Below, one piece after another: positions 37,218-50,049 of a DNA stretch of 64,000 bases (positions are counted from its first letter, which is position 1; the number at the start of each line of letters is the position of its first letter). Under the pieces are notes generated by a model, which saw only the letters and a list, made by a program, of their open reading frames with translations, was not told the origin of the DNA and made no database searches. The stretch comes from Podarcis tiliguerta (lineage: Eukaryota): assembly GCA_965153285.1 (NCBI GenBank), contig OZ229111.1, one strand, 5' to 3'. The position numbers were made by a program, and so were the translations under genes.

Positions 37218-37428
37218 GTGATGTGGTGGTTAGAGTGTCAGACTAGGACCTGGGAGATGAGGGTTCAAAATCCCCACTCAGCCACGAAGTTTGCTGAGTC
37301 ATCTTGAGCCAGTCACTGCCTCTCAGCCTAACCTACTTCACAGGGTTGTTGTGTGGATTAAATGAGCCTTGAGCTCCTCGGGGGGAAAAGACAGACATTT
37401 ATTGCTAGAAAAGCAATAAATGAATAAA
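37218..37428 (+). mobile_element. Squam3/MIR-like tRNA SINE
   Basis: A-box GTGGTTAGAG, B-box GGTTCAAAATCC, cagcctaacctacttcacagggttgttgtg core, AATAAA-type tail. Confidence 0.75.
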
Positions 37429-37544
37429 AATTCAATAGATAAATATCAGTGTAGGGAAAATATGTGCCAATCACACACTAAAAGATGGCTATGAATGCCA
37501 CCAAAAAAACAGTGGTGTGCTTCCTTATATAATTCCCATTCTAG

Positions 37545-37650
37545 CAATTAGGGAAGTTTTTAATGTTTGATGCTCTATTGTGTTTTTAATATTCGGTTGG
37601 AAGCTGTCTAGAGTGGCTGGGGAAACCCTGCCAGATGGGTGGGGTATAAA

Positions 37651-37681
<31 letters not shown>
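37545..37681 (+). mobile_element. L2 3' terminal stub with (TAT)n tail
   Basis: Matches 3' UTR of the L2 at 22850-22937; ends in (TAT)10. Confidence 0.8.
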
Positions 37682-37682
<1 letters not shown>

Positions 37683-38049
37683 CTTTGTCATACTGCTTGC
37701 CTTAGGAGTTGGTGCTAATGTTGATGGCACTATTGTTGTCCTTTCGCTAGAATACTTGCAGCTGGATCCTCAGTCAGGTTGTGCACCAATACGCAGCCAT
37801 CTCCATCGGTCTGCAAGGTTTGTATGAACAGGAAGGACTGGGCAGCACCCCGTAAAGCCGACAATATTTTTGGGAAGCCCGAGAGAACAAAAGAGTCTTT
37901 GCTGGAATCCTGAAATGCCTGCCACAAATGTGGCGCTCGCCTATGATTCTCCATCAGCTCCGCTGCCGAAAGGCAGTGTATTCCTCCGTCACTTCTTGAT
38001 TGCTCTGGTCTATCATTTAGTTTTTGGCTGCAGCCTCAGATTATATTTT

Positions 38050-38222
38050 TGGGACTCGGGAAGAAGGGGACGGGGTGGGAGGGGGACGGGAGGGGGAGAG
38101 CCAGCCCACTGTAGAGAGAAAGAAACAGAATTGGAAAATAGAGGAGGAGGAGGAGGAGGAGAAAGAGAGCCAGCCAAGCAGAAACCCAGCCCAGCAAACC
38201 TCGGAACGGTTTCCTGTTGCCT
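38050..38222 (+). promoter_or_regulatory. SPARC: SPARC promoter: purine-rich GGA box, CCCAGCCCAG and GGTTTCCTGTTGCCT elements
   Basis: (GAG)n at 38141-38161, CCCAGCCCAG 38185-38194 and GGTTTCCTGTTGCCT 38208-38222 occur in the same order as in the mammalian TATA-less SPARC promoter (from memory). Confidence 0.85.
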
Positions 38223-38299
38223 CCTTCTAAAACACTTAGATTCCTTCAGACCCTTGAGAGAGGCTGAAGTTTTCTCAGCTCCACTGCCCTGTCCTTGAG
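38215..38299 (+). other. SPARC: SPARC non-coding exon 1 (start approximate)
   Basis: Follows the promoter motifs, contains CCTTCAGAC and ends TGAG|gtatgg as in mammalian exon 1. Confidence 0.8.
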
Positions 38300-40092
38300 G
38301 TATGGCATCAAATCCTCCTTTTCCATTCTCTGTTCTGTCTCATTCCTCTCTGTTATGATACTAAGCAAGCGGGTCACAGTTTGCCAAAGATCTAACATTG
38401 GCATCTGAATTAACAGTGCTGGTGGAGAAGGGGTGTTGTATTAATGTTTGGGGATATTTTTTTTGCATTTTCTTGACTTTCCATTCTTGAGAATTTTGCT
38501 TGCTGCACCTTACTTTTGTTCCTCAGTTCGAAAGCTATTCCCACCCCTCTTATAGCTGAAGCATGTTAATAGGCTTAGTTCAATGACATTTCAGAAAGAA
38601 CAGGATTTTGCTGCTTGTTTCATTGCTTTTCGCTGCTCGCCATAAATATGTGTTTATTTATTGGAAGATAATTTTCAAGCAAGTTGTTACTCTGTTGCTA
38701 GGATTTCACAATTTAATTCCTCCCCTCTAAAATAATAATAATGATAATTAGGTCTGGCACATGGAATGCAGCCTGTCATTGGTCACTTCAGGTTACGAGC
38801 ATCTAAGGAACTAAACTTGTCAAGAGAACGTTATCTTAGCACATTTAGCCCAACGATATTTTTCTTTCCAGAAAAAGGCCATCAAAGGAAGAAGAAAGTT
38901 GTTGTTTTTAAAGTATACTACCGCCTGCAATTGTCGTTATTTATCTCACTGATTTGCTTTTTGCAGAGTGACAGCAGTACAGAAAGAGGAGAAATTTCAA
39001 GTCAGAATGTTGTGGGGTTTTGTGTTTGTTTTGTTTTTTTAAAAAAATGACAACAGTGGATGCTAAAAGGGATTTCATTGCCTTTAAAGGCAGCCACTGC
39101 CTCCCCTGCCTTGAGCCAAGCTGCTCTTTTATTTTTGTTCCCTCTTGGAACAGTATTTTATTCCAAAACGTTTGCCAAGAAAAAGGCAGTTAATTTTGAA
39201 TTGCAGAGTGCTATCTAAGTGCCTGGAGCCGTTTAATCTGGTGCAGATAGGAAAGAGCCCTGTTGCTCTGAGCAGTCTATTTGTGTGCGTATTGGTGGGG
39301 GACGAGGGGAAATATAACAAAAATGCAATGGATTGTGACTCTGGAAAGGTGATAAAGTTGAAGGGGAGAAATTTTTATGTGTGTATGCGGAGGGGATTAA
39401 GGAAAATGCATGCACAGTCCATGAATCAGTTCAAACAAAGCCATTGTCTGCCACATAGGCAGAAGCAGGAGATTGGGGGTGGGGGGTGGGGAGATATAAA
39501 CTTTTCAAACTTTTGCCAAGCTCCTCCTACTGGGGTGGGGGAAAGGCGCTCTTCTTTTGTATGACTCTCCCACAATGGAATGTCGGCTTCCATGGCAACC
39601 CTTTCAGGGCCTTTTGGTTCAGGAGATGCAAGGCCTTTATGGCCTGAGACGCGGAAAGGAAAAGATGTGTTCAGCTGGAACTTTTCCCCTTTGCAGAATT
39701 TTAGATGCGGAAAAGTTCAAAGGTTTATTTTTTGAAGTGCTGCTTTCGGTTCTGAATCGCCCTTCTATGCAGCATCCGAAAAGAAGGAATGTAGAAAGAC
39801 ACAGCAGAACACCTCTTGACTTCTCCCCAGTTGTCCTTAACTGATGTTTCCATCTATTATGGCAGAGGGGATCTCATAACACACACGTCTTCATGTCAGT
39901 AAAGTATTTTAGCTCACTCGCTATCATTACAACCAGAGCTTGGCTTCTGCAGAGGTTCAGTCAGGGCTCCATCAGGGACTGTCTGTTCAATGCTTGAACT
40001 CAGTTCTGGAATACGTAAAATAAAGGAATATATCTTCTGTGCAAGTGTCTTTACCACTAACTATGGTGGTGGTGGTGGTGGTAGTAGTAGTA

Positions 40093-40335
40093 CAGTGGTA
40101 CCTCAGGTTACATACGCTTCAGGTTACATACGCTTCAGGTTACAGACTCTGCTAACCCAGAATTAGTACCTCAGGTTAAGAACTTTGCTTCAGGATGAGA
40201 ACAGAATTCGTGTTCTGGCGGTGCGGCAGCAGCAGGAGGCCCCCATTAGCTAAAGTGGTGCTTCAGGTTAAGCACAGTTTCAAGTTAAAAACGGACCTCC
40301 GGAACAAATTAAGTACTTAACCCGAGGTACCACTG
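40093..40335. mobile_element. Tigger-like MITE inserted in a (GTA)n run at the L2 tail
   Basis: TIRs intact; same orientation as 24661, opposite to 54237. Confidence 0.88.
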
Positions 40336-40345
40336 CAGTAGTAGT

Positions 40346-40804
40346 AAAAATAATTTATTTATATCCCCAGCCACTCTGGGCGGCTCCCAACAGAATATTA
40401 AAAACACGAGAAAATATCAAACATTAAAAATTTCCCTAAACAGGATTGCCTTCAGATGTCTTCTAAAAGTCAGATAGTTGTTTCTTTCCTTGACATCTGA
40501 TGGGAGGGTGTTCCACAGGGCGGGTGCCACTACCGAGAAGGCCCTCTGCTTAGTTCCCTGTAACTTCGCTTCTCACAGTGAGAGAACCTCCAGAAGGCCC
40601 TCGGCGCTGGACCTCAGTGTCTGGGCTGAACAATGGGGGTAGAAACGCTCCTTAAGGTATGCTGGGCCGAGGCTGTTTAGGGCTTTAAAGATCAGCACCA
40701 ACACTTTGAATTGTGCTCGGAAACATACTGGGAGCCAATGTAGGTCTTTCAAGACCGGCGTTATGTGGTCTCAGTGGCCACTCCCAATCAACAGTCTAGC
40801 TGCT
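40346..40804 (-). mobile_element. L2 LINE 3' end
   Basis: Reverse complement closely follows 22495-22925. Confidence 0.9.
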
Positions 40805-41706
40805 GGTCTGTTCCCTGTAACTCTAGATTAAGATGTAAATCTTCCAGAGCCCCAACTCTGGGACAGCCACTGTTAAATGGTATAGCGAAAGAACAGCAAT
40901 TATGCCCACACAGTTATTTATGTCAGCTACATTCATGCCAGCTGTTTATATCTTAAAACAAAGAGCTATGATTAAACAAACCAGCCTTTAATTAACTTTG
41001 TGCGGTACTTGATAGTTTAGGTATTCTTTATAACTTAAGAAAGTTGCTGATATCTTTTTGCACTGGAGGAGGGGTGAAATGTAGGGGTTTCACAGGTGGT
41101 GAGCATCTGGGCTTCCTTCCAGGCCAAACTTCCGGCCACTTTCCTCTTGGGACAGACTGCTGGTAGCTGACAACATGAATGCTGAGCAGCTGGCCTTGCT
41201 TTCATCATGGTGCCGCAGAATCCATAAAATAACATGACCCAAAATAACTGGAAAATTACAAGCAAAGCAAGCCCAGCTTTCCAGTGCTGGATATCTCAGA
41301 CAGGACTTAGAATTTAGTCAGGTCCATCCATCCATTTATCTGTAAGCTGCCTTGAATCCCAGTCTGAGGGGAAAGCATTATTATTATTATTATTATTATT
41401 AGCCACAATTGTGCCAAGGCACCACTTCTGCTGAGATACAGGACATCCCCCAGAGGCCCATGAGATGGCACAGGGACTTCTGGAGCAGTCTCTTATTTCC
41501 TGGTAGGAGGGAAATCTAGAGAGAGCAGAGCACAACTTCCTTGTGCTGCTTTTGTCTCCATAAATGCCGACAAGAAGTCAGCGCTGTCTGCACTGAAATG
41601 AACATGAGAGAATTGTTCTCTTGCTCCTTCCTTGCTGCCAGACATCCCTTTCACTGGGAAATGGAAGATCACCTCAGTACACCAGGGAGTGAAGTGAAGC
41701 TATAGC

Positions 41707-41796
41707 CATAGCTGTCAACATTTCTCTTTTTAAAGGGGAAATTCCCTTATTCCAAATAGGATTCCTCGCAAGAAAAGGGGAAAGTTGACAGCTATG
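41707..41796. mobile_element. 90-bp hAT MITE (CATAGCTGTCAAC TIR)
   Basis: Perfect TIR; perfect palindromic TSD gctatagc. Confidence 0.9.
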
Positions 41797-42565
41797 GCTA
41801 TAGCTAGTCCTTGCAGGAACCCAAATGTACAACTCCTCTTAAGCCAAAGCATTTTAAGGCCCTCTTACATGAGAGACACCGCCCCACAATAGGGAGCTGT
41901 TGTTGTCCCAACTACAGTCCTAAGCTCAGGTTTATCACCCCAATGAGAATTATGCCCCAGGCAGCACATTAAAGGTGCATGTGATTTTTCTTTCTTTCAA
42001 AAACTATTTGCTAAATAAGACTGGAAAGTATTTAGCTTGTGCAGCTAAGGACTAGCAATAAAGAGCTAGATCATTTCCCTGATATTACAGTCATATAAAG
42101 CTTCTTTCCCTTTATCTTTACGGTGAAAATTACCTGCTGTTTCCTCTGCCCTTAAGCCTTGGATATTCTGACATGTATCATTTTCTCTCCAGTTAAAGCC
42201 ACACATTTGATACTAGGGAGCTGAATTATTGGGTAGTTCTCTTGAACAAGTTCTTAAAATGATGACACTTTATACAGTGCTTCTGCCAGAGCAGACTAAC
42301 ATCAGCTTGTTTTTACAGAGGAGAAAATGAAAGGGATCACCATTTTCCGGCAGGAAAGGGAGGACTTAATGTGTGTGCCTAGCAGTACAAAGTGGAGTCA
42401 GAAATGGAATCTCCATCCTGAGCTCCTTCGGGAGGAAGGACAGGATTAATAATGATGATGATGATGATGATGATACCCAACCATTTCCCAAGCTTTTCCC
42501 CCCTCATAGTATTACATCTTCGTAAGCTTTTAGCTAGTGTGGCTTTTGAAACATGGAGTTACTAG

Positions 42566-42920
42566 CAGTGGCGTAACGCCCTTTGCCAGAGCCCAGAGAA
42601 GATGAGCATGCATGTGCCGCAGGCTCATCCAGCCCTTGCCACTGATGTCGCTGGGCGGGTGTTCACGTGCCATGCGGGAGCAGGGTGTAGAGGGTGCCCT
42701 TCACCCTTCACCGTTGCACTCCCCCGCCCCTATCGCCAGTGGGCAAGCTCTGCTGTGCTGGGCAAGGGCAGGACACGCAGAAGGTGATCTTCATCCTCTG
42801 TGCTATCTAGTCCCTGCCGCCGGCTGCAAGGGGGATCTCAGTGGGGTGGAGAGCTCCTGGTTCACACACACCCAGATTGTTCACCCAGGGCAATATCCCC
42901 CATTCCCCCCCATGTCACTG
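42566..42920. mobile_element. GC-rich hAT non-autonomous element
   Basis: CAGTGGCGT / ATGTCACTG ends; perfect TSD gttactag. Confidence 0.8.
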
Positions 42921-43029
42921 GTTACTAGACAGTCTTTAATATTGTAAATTGCTACTTGGGTTTAATAATTGGAAAAGAAATGGTGATGCAATCAGTTTCC
43001 CTTGAAGATGAACAAGACAGGGTTAAATG

Positions 43030-43230
43030 CATAAGCAGAGCCCTGCTAGATCAGGCCAGTGGCCCAGCTAGTCCAGCATCCACGAGATGCTTATAGGAAG
43101 CTTGCAAGCAAGATCTGAGCACAGCAGCACTCTCCCCTCCTGCGGCTTTCAGCAAACGTTTATTCTATTCATGGAGGCAGAATGCAGCCCCCATGGTTAG
43201 TAGCCATGGATAGCCTTTTCCTCCATGAGG
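43030..43230 (-). mobile_element. CR1 LINE 3' fragment
   Basis: Reverse complement resembles 62605-62837 (gctggactag...ggcctgat...gggctct...ttatg). Confidence 0.7.
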
Positions 43231-43766
43231 TTTCAAAGCAAGCTGCACTGCATTCATTTATTTTTGAGCAACTTTTTATGGGGATTTTATAAACAGAAAG
43301 CTGCACTTTAAAAGTATTACCATTGCAGCAATAGCGATCACATGCCCCCCTCCCCATTTCATTTATATATTTTTTAAAATCTGGCATAGCACTTCAAGCA
43401 AGACCAGATAGCTGTGCCCACTATTTATTTAAACTCCCTCTAATTCGTCAGTGTAGGGTTACTCTCAGGCATTGTGAGAAATTCAGCTTGGTGCTGCTGC
43501 GCCTCAACCGCCACCAGGTACACTTTCCAGGGCCTGGTGACAGAGGAGGCTGGCCATCATTGAGCATTTGCCCAAGGCTCCCTCAGCCTGGCTCAGTGGG
43601 CTTCCTCCCATGTTAGTGACTGTCTGTGGATTGCAAGCTACAAGCACAAACCGCTCCCTCATGGTACTCATCTGCAAACCTTGGTTTGCGGTTTGAAGGC
43701 TTTCTCCATGAGCAACAGTTGCAAAAGGGATCCATTTTGTTTAGGATCCTGGTCAAGCCATAGTAG

Positions 43767-44134
43767 AAGGTAAAGGACCCCTGGACGGTTAAGTCCAGGC
43801 AAAGGCGACTGGGGTGTGGTGTTCATCTCACTTTCAGGCCGAGGGAGCCGGCGTTTGTCCACAGACAGCTTTCTGGGTTGTCATGTGGCCAGCATGACTA
43901 AACTGCTTCTGGGGCAACAGCACACCGTGATTGAAACCAGAGTGCACAGAAATGCCGTTTACCTTCCCACCGCAGTGGTACCTATTTATCTACTTGCACT
44001 TGTGTGCCTCTGAACTGCTAGGTTGGCCGGAGCTGGGACAGAGCAACAGGAACTCACCCCGTTGCACGGATTTGAACTGGCGACCTTCTGATCGGCAAGC
44101 CCAAGAGGCTCAAAGGTTTAGACCACAGCACCAT
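43767..44134 (-). mobile_element. Sauria SINE, more diverged variant
   Basis: Colinear with 36518-36871 but with multiple substitutions and indels. Confidence 0.88.
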
Positions 44135-47100
44135 ACTAGTCTACTTAACTGATTGATAAAAAGCCGATCCTGAAGAAACATTTGGCTCTATGTGAACACT
44201 CGTAAGGCTTCTTGCACCCTCTCAAATCTGCACCAGAGGGTTTTAGTGAGTGGGAAAAAAGTGGGAATTAGTGAGAATTACCTTCCTTCCCAGTCCATTC
44301 ACAGAATTTTATGCTGGAGCAATGAGTTGGCCATGAACAGAAGGACCCAACTAGAAGCATCCCTTCATAAATGCTGCTTTGAGCCATATTCCATGTATAA
44401 TGCTGCTACATGGACAGGTGTTGCACAGCTCTTCTCAGAAAGAAAAGGCTCAGGATAAGTGAGCATATTGATGATTGTGCACACTATGATAGCTTTTTAA
44501 GAGAGACATGAATTGGCAACATGGGTTAATACCCCCACCATGTCAAATCAGGGTTGAAAGAGTAGTTAGAACGAAGGTGTGAGAAAAGGGGTGCAGGCTC
44601 TAGCCTTGGTCCATGACTCCGCATCCTTTAAATGAGATGGAATGTGAACAAAGAGGACAGCAGAGAAAATTGAGTTTGCGGTCATTTCAAATGCTGGGTA
44701 ATGAACGTTATCCTTGCTTGGGAAAAGGCAGAGAAAGCAGTCCATGCTGTCCAGAGGAAGCCACCAATGCTAATCGTAGAGAGAGGGGAGAGAAGAGAAT
44801 ATCTGCTAAGAGATGCTTGAGATATGCAGTTGATAAAAGGCAGCCACCAAAGCCACCTAAATTGCAGGTACGGAAATAGGATGATCACATCTTTTCAAAG
44901 CTCTTTTGAGTAACTCTGGTCTCATTATTCATTATCATCATAAGGTGCTGTTTTGCATAGGAACATATGTCAAAAGGAAAGAGCAAGGAAAGGTGGCCTG
45001 ATGTACGTGTTCTGCAATGGACTCTAGGCATTAAAGACAGCAAGGCAAAATGGTGGAGTCAACTAGGACAAAAGAAACCCTTACAACAGCCTATGTGCTG
45101 CATTCCAGATATCACGGGGGGGGGGGGGCACCCAAGGGAGATGCCCTGGTGGGAACCTTCCTTAGCTCTGCAGCAGCTACCAGTTTCAAGCCTATTCTGG
45201 GTATAATGTGGACTTGAATGTTGATTTAAAGTGGGGATCCTCGCGGACTATAGACCACAAGGCAACAAAGAGCTCCATGTGGCACCCAAGGGAAATTGCC
45301 AGGACAGGGAGTTTATGCAAACTGCCACCTCGTGCGCTTTCCCTTTCACAAGAAGCTTTCCCTGGGATTGTTGTGTCAGATGCAGTGGTGTAGTGGCAAA
45401 TATTGAAGAGCTCATCATGACAACCTTCATAGCCACACCCTAAAGGAGTGTCCAAAAGTACAGGCAGCTGCACTGATCCCTATATTTATGTGTGCATAAA
45501 TGTGTGCAACACACACACACACACATCAAAATGTAGAAGTACATAGCATATTACCAAATTGGTTAGAATGAATATGACCACAATCCAATGTAGTTTCCTG
45601 GTAATAAGCACCATGCATAAGGGAAACCATGCATAAGTTTATAGCCATGTCAATCAGAAACGTGAACCATCTTGCAAAGAAGTATTGCCATTTAACCTGC
45701 TAGCATGAAGTAAGAACCCTAAACCAAAGGAAAGATGTTTCCATCCTCTGCTTGATTATTTTCCTCCTTCTCTGACTGTGCTAAATTGACACAAACAAGC
45801 TTGAAAGCTTTATTGTCATGTCACTTAACTTGCAAGGAGAGTTTGTCAAGTACCCTCGCACCCCAGCAGATTACATCATTGCCCTTGCACTTTCCTACAT
45901 GACTCCCAACCCCAATTAGATCATGGGAAAAAGACAACATTTCGGCAGGACAGGAGTGTAGCTCTGATTTATTTGTTCCTTGGGGGGCGGGACTCTGTAC
46001 ATGCTGAGAAGCTGTCTTTTCCTCCCATGGGATATATAGAGAAATCACTCCAGTTAAAGAAAAGCATAGGATCCTTATCAAATGTCAGCACCATTTATAG
46101 AACCAGATACCAACCGCAGCCTACACAGCAAGCCCTGGCTGAAACCAAACACAGAATTTGGTTCTTCTGTAGTTCAAACTAGGATAGTGACCATGCCACT
46201 TAAACCTTATTTAAAGTTCTGTTCCTTTGGACAACTAGCTTTTGCATCTGTTCTGTGTTCCAACCTACTCCTGGGAAACAAGAGTGTTGGAAAAGGGGGA
46301 TTGCGTCTGCATTCATGAGGATATGAATGCAAGTGCGTTAATCCACTTTGCAGATCCAAACTCTGAGTCTTGGCACTGAGAAGCATGTTCGTGGGTTGAG
46401 CCCCTGTGAGCCCTGGGTCTGGCTCAATTAAGCCCCAGCAGCATGCCTTGAGTCATTTGATTTTCCACAGATAGCCGTGTGATGGCTGCTGCACAGGTCT
46501 TCATTGCGAGAGCATCACACTATGCATTTGACACCTCTATTGCAAAGTATCAAGGGTACGGCTGGAAGGCCTCAGCCAAAGCAGCTCCTCTTAGACAAAA
46601 AATAAGTCTCTTATGGAGGCGTTTCTGGACATTTTTGTTTTTCAAATAAACTTGTTTCCTGTCTCCAGCGACAGACGTTTATGTAAAGCTTGTTTGCTCA
46701 GAGAGTTGATCCATGTCCCTTCTACCTCCAAGCACAACAGTGGCTGTTCTCAGTGTTTGCTGGCCTGCTGTCAGATGGGCTCCTATACCTCAGCACAGCC
46801 CCGGGCCTTGAAATCTGATATTCTCTGGGGCAAGGAACACCGCTTGAGATCCTCATCCAATATTGACCAGGGTGGCTCAAGGGGTGTTGTCTTCTGAAAG
46901 CAGCCCCTTGACACCTGGCTCGTAACTGCTGAACCTCAGTGAAGTTGTCGGACCTTGGTCATCAGCGGACCTCGGAAGCAAGGCGAGAAAGAGCCCCGCT
47001 AAGCAAAGCACAAGAAAATCCCTTGTAGATCCAGGAGGAGGGAAACAGCCAGATGCAGCTGTACTTTTCCACCCCAAAAATGCCATTTAAAAGGGGAAGA

Positions 47101-49249
47101 GCTATTGACCTCAGCTTCAGGTCTTGGCAGTGACGAAGGATGCTTTTACCAGCCTCCAGAGCAAATAAAGGCAAGAGGAAAGGACTTGGTGTACTGAACA
47201 GCAGGAGAAGAGGTGGGGGCAGAGGAAAGAGCTGTCTGCATTAGACAGCCGCCAAGTCAATGGGAAATAGGCCCCCTACATAGCCAACATGGTACTATCC
47301 AGATGTTGTTAGACTGCAACTCCCATCAGCCCCAAGCAGCCTGGTCAGAGATGGTGGGATATGTAGTTCAAAGCATCTAGAGGGCACAAAGTTGGTTGCT
47401 CCTGCCTTACTCTATACTCACCAAAAAGTGTCTGTAATGATGAACTTCAGGCACATCCATGATTTTGCATGAAACCATGTTGCATCTTCATGAATGGTTC
47501 TATTTCTCTTACCATGATCTAACCATATACACAAAAAATACATCATGCAAAACATGCTGGAGGCTGCAGCATGAACGTTTTTAGAAAGTTACAGTGTAAA
47601 TATTGCTAAAGCCTGCTACATTTGGCATAAATAAAAGCTGAGGTGGAAATTTCAGACATCAGCCTTTCTGTAGTGCATTGAAGGCAACATGTTTGGAAAA
47701 CGATTCCACATTTTGGGCGCAAAGGGAGCATGCTGCAACCTGCCATAGAAATGCCAGGAAATGCATTCATATTAGATCTGCAATATATTGAGAGGGGGAG
47801 GGAAATCAGCCACATTTTGTATGAGGTTGCATTTAGGTGTGAAATATGTTTGTAGGTAGGGAGCTACTTTGCAGTGTTCAAATTTTGAAAGTACTAAGTT
47901 GGAGTTCAGAATTTTATATTCCGCAGTTTAAGACTTGGGAGACTTCTGGCTTGTGAAAATATTTCACTGTTAGATAAATATTTCACTCAGGCTTGCACTA
48001 CAAATGAAAAATAAAAACCACTGCCAGTGTTGACTTTATATTTTGTCGTACATCTGTCACATGAATCTGCTACCAATAGGGAAGGTTGTGAGAGAACTGC
48101 ACGCATCAGTCTCATAATCTTATTGTGAATACAAATTCCATATTCTCCTGGATTTCCCTTCTTTGTTAGAAGCAGGAAGTGATCACTGAACAATAGATTG
48201 TATCTGAGCAATTGAAAAGGCATTTGGCAATAGCATTTTTTATCGGTTGGTCTGGATTTCCAGATACCCACCCGTTTGTACCTACTAGTACTCTGTGAGT
48301 GGTTTTTCAGATTAGCAAAGAGTTCATATATCATTTTACAGTCAACACATTCAGATTCTTGCCTGCATGCTAGGCACAGCAAAAGATTCCCCTTTCTTCA
48401 CAGTTCATACCACTTTTCATGGACACAGATATTCAAGTTCTACAAATTGTGTCTGGAGTAGACAAGATAGCTCCATATAGGAGCACTGTCCATCTGTATC
48501 AACACTCTACTCTTAGGAAAATAGGCGAAGGTCTGAAAACTCTCAGCAGGAAATATATAGGCCTGTAGAAGAAGAAGATTCTGCAGTTGCAGCCTCTGCG
48601 GTATGCCAGACTGCAGATAAGCAAAGAATTTAATCACTCAGGATTTCCTCAGTTTGTTTCCCCAGTGCTTTCTGGCAATAACTTCCTTGGGCAAGGATGG
48701 ACATGCCTTAATGCTATTGCGTTTGAAAGATAGGACTTTGCACCAGCAGGAAGATGGTTTGGACATTACATGATGCAGAGAATAACACTGACTTCCACTT
48801 TTCCACCCTTATTTTTCCCCTTCTGAAATATTTTTGACTCCCAGTAAAACTTCCATGTTTTTGTTTTTAAATCCAAAGGATATTTAAATTTTTCTATGGT
48901 TATCTGTTATGCACACTTCTGCAATGTAGTTAATAGGAAAAAGCTCATTTTAGTTCCTTTATTTCCCCCTACTACCCACAAAGTCTGAAACAGAGATTAT
49001 AACTGAAACATTAACAGGTAAAATTTATGGATGCCAGGTTTCAGCCCAGAAATAGTGTCTCTGCCTTCTATTTCTCTGCCACCTCCTCCGCTGCATTTTC
49101 CTTCTTTGCTTGTAAGGGGTCAAAATGAAGGCTTGCTTTGCTAGGTCCAGGAAGTAAGTGGATGGAGGTCATTGTGGCGTCTAGCCTTACAACAGGCTCC
49201 ACAAAGCCACCAAGTTCAATGAAATTTACTCACTGGGCTTGTGCTTGGT

Positions 49250-49441
49250 CAGGGATTTCAGCCTGAAAATCCAGGAAGAAATTTCTGACAATAAGAGCTG
49301 TTTGATATTGGAACCAACTCCCTTAGGAGACTCCCCTTCATTACAGGTTTTGAGGCAGAGGTTAGATGGCCAGTTGTCATGGATGTTTTAGTTGAGATTC
49401 CCTTGGGGTCCCTTCCAACTCTACAATTCTTTGATTCTGTA
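49250..49441 (+). mobile_element. CR1 LINE 3' end
   Basis: Degenerate ORF2 end (RKKFLTIRAV..WNQLP...PSLQVLRQRLDG) followed by GGTCCCTTCCAACTCTACAATTCTTTGATTCTG tail. Confidence 0.8.
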
Positions 49442-49659
49442 TCTTGTTGAAGGGAGGAAACTGTAGGTATAATCCTTCCATCACCTAATGTTAATCAAGT
49501 TCATGCATGAATTGTTCAGCAGAAGACTTTGGCTTCAAGTCATTTTCATTACCCCCATTTCTTTCTTTTTCGAAGCATCCTTGCAGCTCATCAGCGTCAA
49601 CTACGTCAAAAGCCTTATCTACCCTTACTTATTCTTCCTGTAAGAAGAAACAGTAACAT

Positions 49660-49870
49660 GAAAACGTGGTGTTGTGGTTACAATGTTTTACTCAGCACAG
49701 GGCTCAAATCCTCATTTGAGCTCACCATGATTTGGGTGCCACTCACTATCTATCAGCTTAGCCTACCTCACAAGGTTGCTGTGAGAATAAAATTGGGGGA
49801 GGATCAAGCATGCTGCCCTAAATTCCTTGGAGGAAGGGTGGAATAAACTGCAATAAATGAAAATAATAAA
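49660..49870 (+). mobile_element. Degenerate Squam3/MIR-like SINE just upstream of SPARC exon 2
   Basis: cctacctcacaaggttgctgtgagaataaaat core shared with 37218. Confidence 0.55.
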
Positions 49871-49992
49871 CTGACTCTCGTGCAATAAAGCCCATAATTT
49901 TCATAAAAACTAATACAGTAGAATACAATACTCAGTCCCCACCCAAATATAAGTCAAATGTTTCCTCTTCTCTCTCCAGACTTCAAACAAAG

Positions 49993-50049
49993 ATGCGGGC
50001 CTGGATTTTCTTCCTCTTCTGCCTGGCAGGCAAGGCCCTGGCAGCACCG
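49993..50049 (+). CDS. SPARC: SPARC exon 2 coding part (signal peptide MRAWIFFLFCLAGKALAAP); exon starts at 49980
   Basis: ctctctccag acceptor, 13-nt UTR, ATG at 49993, CCG|gtaagt donor. Confidence 0.97.

Noticed and set aside
37870-38298. 142-aa ORF over the SPARC promoter
   Set aside because: Non-ATG start; openness is explained by the purine/G-rich promoter composition.
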